Source: a virus (Duplodnaviria > Caudoviricetes). From it: a DNA stretch of 64,000 nt. Shown here one piece after another: positions 1-8,167 of this stretch. Positions within the stretch are counted from its first letter, which is position 1, and the number at the start of each line of letters is the position of its first letter. Where the stretch lies: IMG/VR virus record IMGVR_UViG_2634166464_000002, positions 1-64,000 of that record. The stretch is one strand, 5' to 3'. Made by a program: the position numbers and the translations under genes. A model generated the notes under the pieces. That model had not been told where the DNA came from, searched no databases, and saw only the letters and a list, made by a program, of their open reading frames with translations.

Positions 1-224
1 CCTCCTCCGCCATGGCGGCTCCGCTGAGCAGATCGCTGCTCTAGACCTGACCCTCGGCGACGTCGACACCGACCTGGCTGTGCAGGCCTGCCGCGCCCTG
101 ATCTATCCGGACTCGGTGGATAGCAGCCGGGATCATCTGCAGCAGGTGATCGACCTCGCCCGCCGCGCGCTCCGCCTGCCCGTCTAACCTGCCTGCGATT
201 GTGCAAACCCGAAAGGAATCGACC

Positions 225-1361
225 GTGAGAGTTCAGATCAAGGTCATCGAGGTGGATGAGAAAACGCTCGCTATCTCGTTTCCCTACGTCGCAACCCTCG
301 TGGCACAGGTGAAGCAACTGCCGGGAGCCAAGTTCGATGGCTCCCGGCGGGCCTGGCTGGTGTCGAAGCGCTACCGGAAGCGTGTCGACGCCTGGCTCGA
401 GCAACTCCGGGAGACGGAGAAGGAGGAGGCAGAGCGGGAGAGAGAAGCACTCAAGCAGGCTATTGCCCACGCGAATGCTCTCTTCGATGCGCTCCACGAG
501 AGAGGCGAGAAGATGTCCACCCCGCATGTAGCGGTCATGCGCCCGCGGTTCGATGGCTTGATGATGGTGCGCTGCGAGTATCAGGAGGAGGCTGTTGCCA
601 TCCTGAAGAGCCTCGGCGCCCACTGGTCAAAGGACGATCGCCGCTGGGAGATCCCGGCAACCCAGGTCGAGGCTCTGCATGCTGCAATGCCTGACCTCGA
701 GAGGCTCGTCGCTGCTGTGGTGGAGGCGCACGAGCAGGAGAAGCGCGAGCGGGAGGAGGAGCAGCGGCAGCGCAGGATCGAGCGTGACCGGCGCCGGTAT
801 CTCATCCCGCTCCGCTGGACGACGGAACTCGGCACGGGCCACCCGGTGCGGTTTCCTCAGGGTGGCGCCCCGGTGGTGATCGAGGGCTATGGCAAGGCGT
901 TCCGGTGCTCCGACGATGCCCCGTCGCTGTGGGGCAGCCATCTGCTCGGACACGAGGGCGAGATGGTCTGCTATGCCTATCACCGCCCCGCCACGGACGA
1001 CGAGGTCTCTGCGCTCGAGCAGCGGGAGATGGCAGAGAAGGCACGCGCTACCCTGCGCGCGGCAGCACGCAAGGCGGAGCAGGAACTCGTCGAGCGAATC
1101 CGCAGCGAGGGCGAGTATCCGTCCAAGGGCACACGCTATCCGCAGGGCGAGATCCTCTACGCTCACCGCCCCGACCTGCGGATCTATGGCGGCGGGCATG
1201 AGTGGATGCTCTCGGGCCAGACGCTCTGGTATCTCGAGGGGCATGGTGGGGATGGCGACGACTGGAGCGCCAACAACCTGCCCTCCACCCGGGCCTGGCG
1301 CATGCCGGCAGAGCCCGAGACCATCACAGCACTGCGACACATCGCAGATGTGTTGAAGTGA
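225..1361 (+). CDS. Phage protein with two HARP-like ssDNA-binding/annealing domains
   Basis: Two related segments 'ISFPYVATLVAQVKQLPGAKFDGSRRAWLV' and 'CEYQEEAVAILKSLGAHWSKDDRRWEIP'; GAAAGGA RBS precedes GTG at 225. Confidence 0.55.
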   Translation: MRVQIKVIEVDEKTLAISFPYVATLVAQVKQLPGAKFDGSRRAWLVSKRYRKRVDAWLEQLRETEKEEAEREREALKQAIAHANALFDALHERGEKMSTPHVAVMRPRFDGLMMVRCEYQEEAVAILKSLGAHWSKDDRRWEIPATQVEALHAAMPDLERLVAAVVEAHEQEKREREEEQRQRRIERDRRRYLIPLRWTTELGTGHPVRFPQGGAPVVIEGYGKAFRCSDDAPSLWGSHLLGHEGEMVCYAYHRPATDDEVSALEQREMAEKARATLRAAARKAEQELVERIRSEGEYPSKGTRYPQGEILYAHRPDLRIYGGGHEWMLSGQTLWYLEGHGGDGDDWSANNLPSTRAWRMPAEPETITALRHIADVLK

Positions 1362-1418
1362 AGAATCCCGTATAGCAGCAAGCAACAGCCGATCGTGGCA
1401 ACCTCAAAGGATCACATC

Positions 1419-1691
1419 ATGAAGACGAACACGCAGCTCCTCGACCTCAAGACGCTCCCCGACCATGCGTTTGTCGCGGAGTTCCTCGCCTCCAACGGGG
1501 CGATGGGCGAGGCTCTCACCGAAGAGCAGATCTGGGAATTGTATTGCATGGCCGATGGATTCGGCTGGCTCCCGGAGCCGCTCCTCGCTCGCATCGCGGA
1601 CGGCTGGGATTACGAGCACATCGAGAAGTCCAGCCCGCAGGCTCTGCGCCTCATCCGGCGCCGGATCGAGGAGATCACGCGCGCCCACTAA
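1419..1691 (+). CDS. Hypothetical protein
   Basis: AAGGA RBS before ATG 1419; codon usage like neighbours. Confidence 0.65.
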   Translation: MKTNTQLLDLKTLPDHAFVAEFLASNGAMGEALTEEQIWELYCMADGFGWLPEPLLARIADGWDYEHIEKSSPQALRLIRRRIEEITRAH

Positions 1692-1741
1692 CCAACCCGC
1701 AACCCTCGGCATCAGTGCCATCCTCACCAAAGGATTCGACC

Positions 1742-2278
1742 ATGCGAATTATGGCTCGACGCTACCAATACGAGCGGATTACCGCTCGGCAACTCTCCGA
1801 CGCGTTCAACGACGTCGGGATCAAGTCGGTTGACCAGTTCTGCCGGATCTCCGGAGCAGGCGAGCGCACCGTGCGCCGCTGGCTCGATGGCTCGGAGAAC
1901 ATCCCGCACTACGTCGCCGTGCTCTGCACGCTGCTCACCATGCCGGGAGCGATGCAGGAGGCTCGCGCCGTGTCCGAGGCCAGGCTCATCGAGAACCCCG
2001 ATGCCACGGCTCGCCGCTACCAGCACACGCGGATGACTCACCGGCAACTCTCCGCTGTTCTCAATCGGCTCGACCTCAGCATGCGCAAGTTTGCGCGCCT
2101 CACTGGGGCGGCAGAGCGCACGGTCGATCGCTGGCTGCGCGGCGTGGAGGATATCCCGCATTACGTCACCCTGCTCTGCAGCCTGCTCACCATTCCCGGG
2201 GCGATGGCGAAGGCCAAGGCGGTCGCAGATGCAATGGTCATCCCTGAGACCGACGATGAGGATGAGACCGATGCTTGA
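1742..2278 (+). CDS. Tandem-duplicated XRE-like HTH protein
   Basis: Two roughly 80-aa copies: 'RRYQ..R.T.RQLS...F.R..GA.ERTV.RWL.G.E.IPHYV..LC.LLT.PGAM'. Confidence 0.75.
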   Translation: MRIMARRYQYERITARQLSDAFNDVGIKSVDQFCRISGAGERTVRRWLDGSENIPHYVAVLCTLLTMPGAMQEARAVSEARLIENPDATARRYQHTRMTHRQLSAVLNRLDLSMRKFARLTGAAERTVDRWLRGVEDIPHYVTLLCSLLTIPGAMAKAKAVADAMVIPETDDEDETDA

Positions 2279-2552
2279 TCGTCGCTTTGCGGGTGCTTCG
2301 CTCGATGCCGTCGAGCAGGGCTGGGCTCTCGCTGCCGGGGCCCGGGAGCGCATGTTTCAGCGGGTGATGCGGCGCCGGCAGACGGTCCCCGACGCCTACC
2401 ACGAGGAAATGCTCGCCTCCCGGGAGGCCTGGCAGCGGGCAGGCCTCGACGAGCGCACTCGCCAGGTCGCCTGGGAGCTCGCCCGTGACAGCACGCTCTA
2501 CGTGGCCGCGCGTGTGCGTGCGGCCCGCACGAGGAAGCGAGGGCTCTGGTGA
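2271..2552 (+). CDS. Hypothetical protein
   Basis: ATG 2271 overlaps end of previous gene. Confidence 0.55.
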   Translation: MLDRRFAGASLDAVEQGWALAAGARERMFQRVMRRRQTVPDAYHEEMLASREAWQRAGLDERTRQVAWELARDSTLYVAARVRAARTRKRGLW

Positions 2553-2644
2553 GCACCTTCGCGATCTGCGCCCTCATTGCAGGCGCGGTCATCACGACCG
2601 GGCTCTGCGTCCTGATCAATCAACCCACAGGAGACGACGGATGA
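2549..2644 (+). CDS. Small single-TM peptide (31 aa)
   Basis: GTG overlaps previous stop and TGA overlaps next ATG; hydrophobic 'FAICALIAGAVITTGLCVLI'; below ORF-track cutoff. Confidence 0.5.
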   Translation: MSTFAICALIAGAVITTGLCVLINQPTGDDG

Positions 2645-3225
2645 GTCGCCCACCCGAGACTGCCCCCACCGATCACATGCTCCTCAATGTTGGAGCGGTC
2701 TTCCCCCATGTGCAGCCTGGGCAAGAAGGCATGAAGATCTCGATCACCGCCGGCGAGGCGCCCTCGATCATGTTCGTGGTCATGGTCGCTGGCCCGACCA
2801 ACCAGGAGGTCCGCATGGTCACAAAGGGCAAGCTGCGGCTCGGGCTGACCCCGAGCCCGCCGCTCCTGTGGTTCTCCCTGCTCGGCGAGAAGATCAGTTT
2901 CGATGCACCCTATGCGATCGGCGTCGAGCCGAAGGCTGGCGAGATCCTCAAGAGCGTGAACCAGGTGTACTTCGCTCCGCCCGAGACGAGGCTGCTCACC
3001 ACGGTCCTGCTCCTCGATGCGCGTGACTGCGTCATCCGAGGGATTCGGGCTGTGACGGTCTCGCCGCAGTGGTGGCTCGCCCTCGACACGCTCCTGGCGC
3101 GCTGTGAGGTGCCGCTGACGCAGAGCGCCTACCTGGCTGCGATGCAGAAGGACATGCAGCGCTGGCCGTCGACGGCCGCGCTGGCCCGGGACGCAGGCAT
3201 CATCGAGCATGCCGGAGCGGTGTGA
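2641..3225 (+). CDS. Hypothetical protein
   Basis: AGGAG RBS, ATG 2641, globular composition. Confidence 0.65.
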   Translation: MSRPPETAPTDHMLLNVGAVFPHVQPGQEGMKISITAGEAPSIMFVVMVAGPTNQEVRMVTKGKLRLGLTPSPPLLWFSLLGEKISFDAPYAIGVEPKAGEILKSVNQVYFAPPETRLLTTVLLLDARDCVIRGIRAVTVSPQWWLALDTLLARCEVPLTQSAYLAAMQKDMQRWPSTAALARDAGIIEHAGAV

Positions 3226-3647
3226 TGGCGTCACCGTACTGCCGCTGCTGCGGCAAGGCCCTCACAGACCCCGTCTCACGGGAGGCTGGCTTCGGCCCCG
3301 TGTGCCGGATCCAGAACAAGTTCAACCAGGCGAACGAAAGGACACAGGACATGTTCGCACCACCGCGGGCTGACTACGAGGTCAGCCTCATCCAGGGCGT
3401 TGTCTGCATCGTCGACCACGACAACGGCAAGAGCGTCACGAACGACGCTGAACTCGTCATCCAAGATCTGCAGGAGCGCCGGCTCCTCGTCGGTCCCTTC
3501 AGTGAGCCCCGCCGTGTCATCTACAGGGACACGATGGGCGTGTGGGACGAGATCCTCCACGAGAACGGCAAGTTCGCGGGCTTCCGGCCCGTGCAGGAGA
3601 AGGATCGCGCAGCGGCCCTCGCGAAGATCAAAGGAGGCCAGTCATGA
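3222..3647 (+). CDS. Zinc-finger protein (DUF6011-like N-terminus)
   Basis: 'CRCCGKALTDPVSREAGFGPVC' motif. Confidence 0.7.
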   Translation: MMASPYCRCCGKALTDPVSREAGFGPVCRIQNKFNQANERTQDMFAPPRADYEVSLIQGVVCIVDHDNGKSVTNDAELVIQDLQERRLLVGPFSEPRRVIYRDTMGVWDEILHENGKFAGFRPVQEKDRAAALAKIKGGQS

Positions 3648-3862
3648 GCGCGCAGAAAGAACTCATGAAGCTGTTCGAGATCGTCCGCGTGATCCGCGAC
3701 GAGCAGACCAGCAACGAGATCTTCGGGGGTGAAGGGACGGAGAAGAAGCGGGAAGCGTCGCGCGTCTATGCTGTCCGCATCATGGAGCAGGCGAAGCAGA
3801 TCGACGGCACCCTCGAGGCGATCGAGCAAGCGCTCGAGGCAGAGGGCAAGCAGGGGCAGTGA
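3644..3862 (+). CDS. Hypothetical protein
   Basis: GGAGG RBS, ATGA overlap with previous gene. Confidence 0.65.
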   Translation: MSAQKELMKLFEIVRVIRDEQTSNEIFGGEGTEKKREASRVYAVRIMEQAKQIDGTLEAIEQALEAEGKQGQ

Positions 3863-3938
3863 CGGAGACGCCCTCCAGCCCCGTGCGTGTCACGGGGCTC
3901 AGGGGATTCTTCCCGCACAACCAACAAAGGCGTCATCC

Positions 3939-4274
3939 ATGAGACCACAATCCGTCGTCAATGCTGCGCACCTCATACCCACCAAGGTGCAGCTGGCTGT
4001 CGGTCGCCCGACCAACGACTGGGAGAGCCAGCGCTTCCAGGTCCATTTCGCGGACGAGAGCGGTGAGGTGAAACTTGTCCTCGAGCTCACCAAGGCGCAG
4101 GTCGATCAGATGCCGCGCATGGTCAGCACCTTCATCCAGGAGGTGCGGGAGGAGGCATCCTGGAGGGACTCGATGTCCGATCCCGGGTTCCGTGAGCGGG
4201 TAGGCTTGCCCCCTGCCGCGGCGCCCGAGGAGGAGCCCGACGACTGTCTCTTCGGCACCTCGCGCGGGAGGTGA
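3939..4274 (+). CDS. Hypothetical protein
   Basis: ORF with normal codon usage, coupled to next gene. Confidence 0.6.
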   Translation: MRPQSVVNAAHLIPTKVQLAVGRPTNDWESQRFQVHFADESGEVKLVLELTKAQVDQMPRMVSTFIQEVREEASWRDSMSDPGFRERVGLPPAAAPEEEPDDCLFGTSRGR

Positions 4275-5071
4275 GCGAGATGGGCACACGATCGAAGAGC
4301 GGCGAGGTCGTGCCGTTCGGCAAATACAAGGATCAGCCCGTCGAGGTGATGATCAGCGACCAGGAATACTGCACATGGCTGCTCGCGCAGCCGTGGTTCG
4401 CTGAGCGCTGGCGGGATCTCTACCAGTCCGTCGTGAACGCAGGCGGCAAGACGGACGACACGCCCGAGCACAACAGGCTGCAGGCGCGGTTTCTCGACGA
4501 GGAGTTCTGCCGCGCGCTAGCGCTCTGCGTCGAGCCCAAATGGGCTGACCCACGGGCCGTATGCCTGAGCCTGGCAACGACGGAGGTCGAGGATCTCCAG
4601 GAGAGCGCTCGGCGACAAGGAGAGGAGGCGGAACTCGGAGACCCGGAGTTCCAAGGCGCGGAGATCACGATCTCACACCTCGTGTTCGAGTCGGCCGGCT
4701 GGGATGTCACGTTCAACGCAACCCTCGACGGGAAGGTTCTGATCGACGGGCGCGAGAACTTCCGGACGCATGGCCTCCACGGGGCTAGAGACTTGGATGC
4801 CGTGATGCGGTGTTCCGAGCGGTTGTGGCTCCACGTCGAGTGCAAGCCAGTGGTCGGCGACGACTATCCGAGCGTCCTCCGTCAGATCAAGAACTACGCC
4901 TGCGACAGGCACACGACGCGCATTGCGCTCCTCGAGCGGTTCGAGGCTGCCGGCGCGACGCTCGAGCAGCTCCGCAAGATCTACGCATCGAGCGGCATCC
5001 AGGTGGTCATGGTCAGCGAGGTCGAGGAGGCCGCAGCGCTGCTCGCGGCGGAGGAGAGACAACATGGCTGA
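4271..5071 (+). CDS. Putative PD-(D/E)XK nuclease with N-terminal 'PFGKYK' module
   Basis: 'VPFGKYKDQPVE...YCTWL' small domain; 'GWDV...HVECKP..GDDYPSVLRQIKNY' resembles the D-ExK and QxxxY motifs of restriction-like nucleases. Confidence 0.55.
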   Translation: MSEMGTRSKSGEVVPFGKYKDQPVEVMISDQEYCTWLLAQPWFAERWRDLYQSVVNAGGKTDDTPEHNRLQARFLDEEFCRALALCVEPKWADPRAVCLSLATTEVEDLQESARRQGEEAELGDPEFQGAEITISHLVFESAGWDVTFNATLDGKVLIDGRENFRTHGLHGARDLDAVMRCSERLWLHVECKPVVGDDYPSVLRQIKNYACDRHTTRIALLERFEAAGATLEQLRKIYASSGIQVVMVSEVEEAAALLAAEERQHG

Positions 5072-5366
5072 GCAGGACGACGGCTTACCAGAGTCGAACG
5101 TGATCTCGTTCAAGCGTCGCCCGCTCACGCCCGAGGAGATCAACCGGCGTGACGCCCTAGAACTACTGCGGAACAGGGACGAGCACGCGCGCGAGCGGAT
5201 CGAGGTGATGGCACGCGCGATGTGGCTGCGGATGCTCGACGACCGCTACCCGCCCAAGACAGCAGAGGACTGGGACGGGGAAACCAGCATCACGAAAGAA
5301 TTCGCGCGCGATCTCGCGAAGGCTGCAGCAGAAGCGCTCGAGGCGCACGAGCAGAGGGGGCAGTAG
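5064..5366 (+). CDS. Hypothetical protein
   Basis: GGAGGAG RBS, ATG 5064. Confidence 0.6.
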   Translation: MAEQDDGLPESNVISFKRRPLTPEEINRRDALELLRNRDEHARERIEVMARAMWLRMLDDRYPPKTAEDWDGETSITKEFARDLAKAAAEALEAHEQRGQ

Positions 5367-5590
5367 TGAAGCTCAAGATAGAGATCTCGGATGAGCAGGC
5401 GCAGACGATCCAGCGCATCCTGGACAGCGTGAATGATGGTCGCGAGTTCCCGGGCACGCACGGGAAGCTCACGATCGAGGGGCTCATCCAGATGCTCCTC
5501 GCCGATGTCGAGATGGTTCACACCCGCCCGGGATCCTGGGAGGGCGCGAACATGGCACAGGTGCTGACGAGCCATGGCTATGAATACTGA
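5366..5590 (+). CDS. Hypothetical phage protein
   Basis: GTG 5366 overlaps previous stop; 'RPGSWEG' motif. Confidence 0.6.
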   Translation: MKLKIEISDEQAQTIQRILDSVNDGREFPGTHGKLTIEGLIQMLLADVEMVHTRPGSWEGANMAQVLTSHGYEY

Positions 5591-5852
5591 CCCCGCCGGC
5601 TTCGTCATCACGTGGTGCCTCGGCGCGCGGGTCTCCAACAAAGGCCGGCAGATCCTGGGCTCCAGCGAGTATTACGAGATCTGGCGCGACGTTCGGCGGG
5701 TCTTTTGGAAGTTGCGCATCGACGGTTGGGACTATGCCAGCGGGCAGGCTTCCAGCGTCGATGTGGTCGTCCCGAACTGCCAGCGCCTGGTCGCCGAGTA
5801 CCGCGCCAGGTATGGCGAGCCGGAACTGGATCCGGCTGCGAGGTCTAAATGA
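5574..5852 (+). CDS. Hypothetical protein
   Basis: Overlaps neighbours in operon. Confidence 0.5.
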   Translation: MAMNTDPAGFVITWCLGARVSNKGRQILGSSEYYEIWRDVRRVFWKLRIDGWDYASGQASSVDVVVPNCQRLVAEYRARYGEPELDPAARSK

Positions 5853-6178
5853 CTGAGAAAAGCTGGAAGACCTTCATCGACGACCTCGTCGAGGCTGGCG
5901 CGAAGACCATGGGCGATACTGTCATCCACAACCCGGGCAATCAGCTGCTCCGGATCGACGAGGTCTATGCCTTTGTTTCGGTCGACGAGCAGGGCAACGA
6001 GGGCCTCTGCGCGGCGACCATAGGCGGCGTCCCTATGCCGCTCATCGCCGCCGATGCCGATCGGCTGCGCTCCCTCGTCCCGGTCGCCGAGCAACTCGCC
6101 CGAGCCACGGGCATGACTATCAAGCTCATTCGGCTAAAGACCCGTGAGGAGCTGCGGACGATTCGAGGGGGGCACTGA
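5849..6178 (+). CDS. Hypothetical phage protein
   Basis: ATGA-coupled ORF with normal codon usage. Confidence 0.65.
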   Translation: MTEKSWKTFIDDLVEAGAKTMGDTVIHNPGNQLLRIDEVYAFVSVDEQGNEGLCAATIGGVPMPLIAADADRLRSLVPVAEQLARATGMTIKLIRLKTREELRTIRGGH

Positions 6179-6591
6179 TGTCCGAGAAGGATTACCTGAT
6201 CTGGTCGCGAGTGCATCAGCGCTTCTGGAGGGGTGGCTTCGGCTACACGACCAGGACCGACAAAGCCGGCCGTTTCAGCAAGGAGCAGGCGGAGCGGATC
6301 GTCGAGCGCGGGAACGCCTACCTGTGGCCTGACGAGCCCCCGAGGCAGCTGATGTTCCCTGCTCCCGCGGTCCAGGCCGTCCTCGAGGAGCACCGGGCGA
6401 TCTGGAGCCGAGATGAGATGGCAACCCAGGTCGACGAGGCCATGATCACTCTGGACAGGGTTGCGGAGGCCATTCTCGCGCTCAAGGAGCACGGGATCCT
6501 CGATCCCCGGGAGGATGACACCCCGGAACAGGCGGAGGCCCGTGCGCGGGCCTTGCGTTACGTGACACCCACACAGGAAGACGAGTCGTGA
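6178..6591 (+). CDS. Hypothetical phage protein
   Basis: 'YLIWS..H..FWR..GFGYT....AGRFS' N-terminal module seen in small phage proteins. Confidence 0.65.
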   Translation: MSEKDYLIWSRVHQRFWRGGFGYTTRTDKAGRFSKEQAERIVERGNAYLWPDEPPRQLMFPAPAVQAVLEEHRAIWSRDEMATQVDEAMITLDRVAEAILALKEHGILDPREDDTPEQAEARARALRYVTPTQEDES

Positions 6592-6938
6592 AGAAGATAC
6601 TCATTGCGCTGGCGCTACTCGCTGCCGGCCCCGCCACCGCTGACTCCGTGACGCTCGACAGCGCAAACCTCGCCTGTGCGAATTACTCCGACGCGCGCAA
6701 GCTTTCGACGCTGGCAGGGGACGTCGAAGCGTTCGGGAAATTCATGCGCCAGAAGAAGAGAAGCGGCGACTGCAAGGAGATCCAATCCGGCGTCGAGCTT
6801 TTCCTCGACAAATACGTCGGTCACCTCCACTGCATCCGGCCCCGAGGCGAGATCGAGTGCTGGTGGGCGTCGCTCGGTGGGAGCGATGCCGAGAAGCTCC
6901 GCCACGAATGCCGCATGGCGGGCCGCTGCCCCCTCTAG
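6588..6938 (+). CDS. Secreted/periplasmic cysteine-rich protein
   Basis: Signal peptide 'MKKILIALALLAAGPATA'; six Cys in mature part. Confidence 0.7.
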   Translation: MKKILIALALLAAGPATADSVTLDSANLACANYSDARKLSTLAGDVEAFGKFMRQKKRSGDCKEIQSGVELFLDKYVGHLHCIRPRGEIECWWASLGGSDAEKLRHECRMAGRCPL

Positions 6939-6949
6939 GCCCGTCTCGC

Positions 6950-7183
6950 ATGAGCCTCATCCACAATGAGCGGGTCAAGCTTTCGGCCTCGGCGTTGAAC
7001 GGCGTCGGCGTCGCGATGATTGCCGCAGGCTTCGTGACGCCGCTTGTCGCCATGACCTTCGATGTGCCCGGTTCCGCTGCCAGAGGAGCCCTCGTCACGA
7101 CCCTGGCCGCGCTCGCTTGGCTTGTCGCCGGGGTCAGCCTACATTTGCTGGCGAGAAGGCTCCTCGGAGGGCTCCAAGAATGA
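6950..7183 (+). CDS. Small two-TM membrane protein
   Basis: 'MSLIHNERVKLSASALNGVGVA' followed by two hydrophobic helices; type common in alphaproteobacteria. Confidence 0.7.
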   Translation: MSLIHNERVKLSASALNGVGVAMIAAGFVTPLVAMTFDVPGSAARGALVTTLAALAWLVAGVSLHLLARRLLGGLQE

Positions 7184-7293
7184 CCGGAACGGATATCTAT
7201 CTGATGTTCCTCGGCCCAGTCCTCGGGTTGGTCGCCGGTCTGGTGATCTATGCCATTGCCCGCCGGCAGAGCCAGAAAACCCACACCCGATGA
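7180..7293 (+). CDS. Small single-TM peptide (37 aa)
   Basis: ATGA overlap; 'IYLMFLGPVLGLVAGLVIYAIA' then basic tail. Confidence 0.6.
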   Translation: MTGTDIYLMFLGPVLGLVAGLVIYAIARRQSQKTHTR

Positions 7294-7295
7294 GA

Positions 7296-8165
7296 CTAGG
7301 CCTGCTCGGCCCGGTGGAGGACCGCGTTCACCTCGCGCCCGAAAGCGTTGTCCTCCCCGATTCCCCAGTAGGCGCCGGCCCCATCCAGGGCCCGCTTGAA
7401 CATCGCAGCCACCACCCGCTCGTGCTCGCCGCCCTCCGTGGCGAGCTCCCTGTAGGTGCGCTGCAGGTAGATCACCTCTAACAACAGCCCGTGCATGTCC
7501 CGGCCGAGCCACTGGCGCAGGAAGTGGTCAGTGCGCTGGGCATCGAGGCGCGCATCCGACACGCCCGGGAGCGTGGAGGTGTCGACGCCTGGCTCATAGC
7601 GTGGCGCCGGAATCAGGCCGGCATGCACCTTGTGGAAGTGCTCCTCGAGCTTCGACCAGGTCAGGATGCGCGCATCCGTGCGATCGACCTGCCGCTTGAA
7701 GCACGAGTCGAAGTGACTGACGCTCGCGCGCAACGTCGGCCCCAGCGACGCCAGGTGGAACTGGCGCTGCCCGTTGGCGGTACGCGGATCCCAGTCGACA
7801 CCCGCCGCCGAGAAATGCTTGCGCCGTGACTCGATCTCGGCGCGCTGCAACCGCTGGCGCTTCTCGCGTTCCTTCTGCTGCTTCGGCGTCAGTGCTCTCG
7901 GCGCCGGCCGCGCCGCGGGAGCCCGCGCCTCGAGGGCTTCCCTGATCCGGAGGATCTTCGTCAGGCGCCGCACCTCCTTCTGCCACTGGCTCGCCAGCCG
8001 CTTGGCACGCTCGCCGAGCTCGTTCGCGCGCCGCTCCTTCTCGCCCTCGCCGCGGTTCTTGCAGCGGTCGGCCCTTGCGAAGTGGGCTTCCATCTGGCCG
8101 CGATAGCGCTCCACCCGCATCTGTGCCTGGGTGAGCCTCTCCGGGACGTCTCGGTGCTTGCCCAT
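7296..8165 (-). CDS. Putative late-gene activator/antiterminator (Q-position protein with C-terminal HTH)
   Basis: Last gene of early operon; C-terminal 'LLLEVIYLQRTYRELATEGG...VVAAMFKRALD..AYWG' resembles a sigma region 4-like HTH. Confidence 0.5.
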   Translation of the reverse strand: MGKHRDVPERLTQAQMRVERYRGQMEAHFARADRCKNRGEGEKERRANELGERAKRLASQWQKEVRRLTKILRIREALEARAPAARPAPRALTPKQQKEREKRQRLQRAEIESRRKHFSAAGVDWDPRTANGQRQFHLASLGPTLRASVSHFDSCFKRQVDRTDARILTWSKLEEHFHKVHAGLIPAPRYEPGVDTSTLPGVSDARLDAQRTDHFLRQWLGRDMHGLLLEVIYLQRTYRELATEGGEHERVVAAMFKRALDGAGAYWGIGEDNAFGREVNAVLHRAEQA

Positions 8166-8167
8166 GG

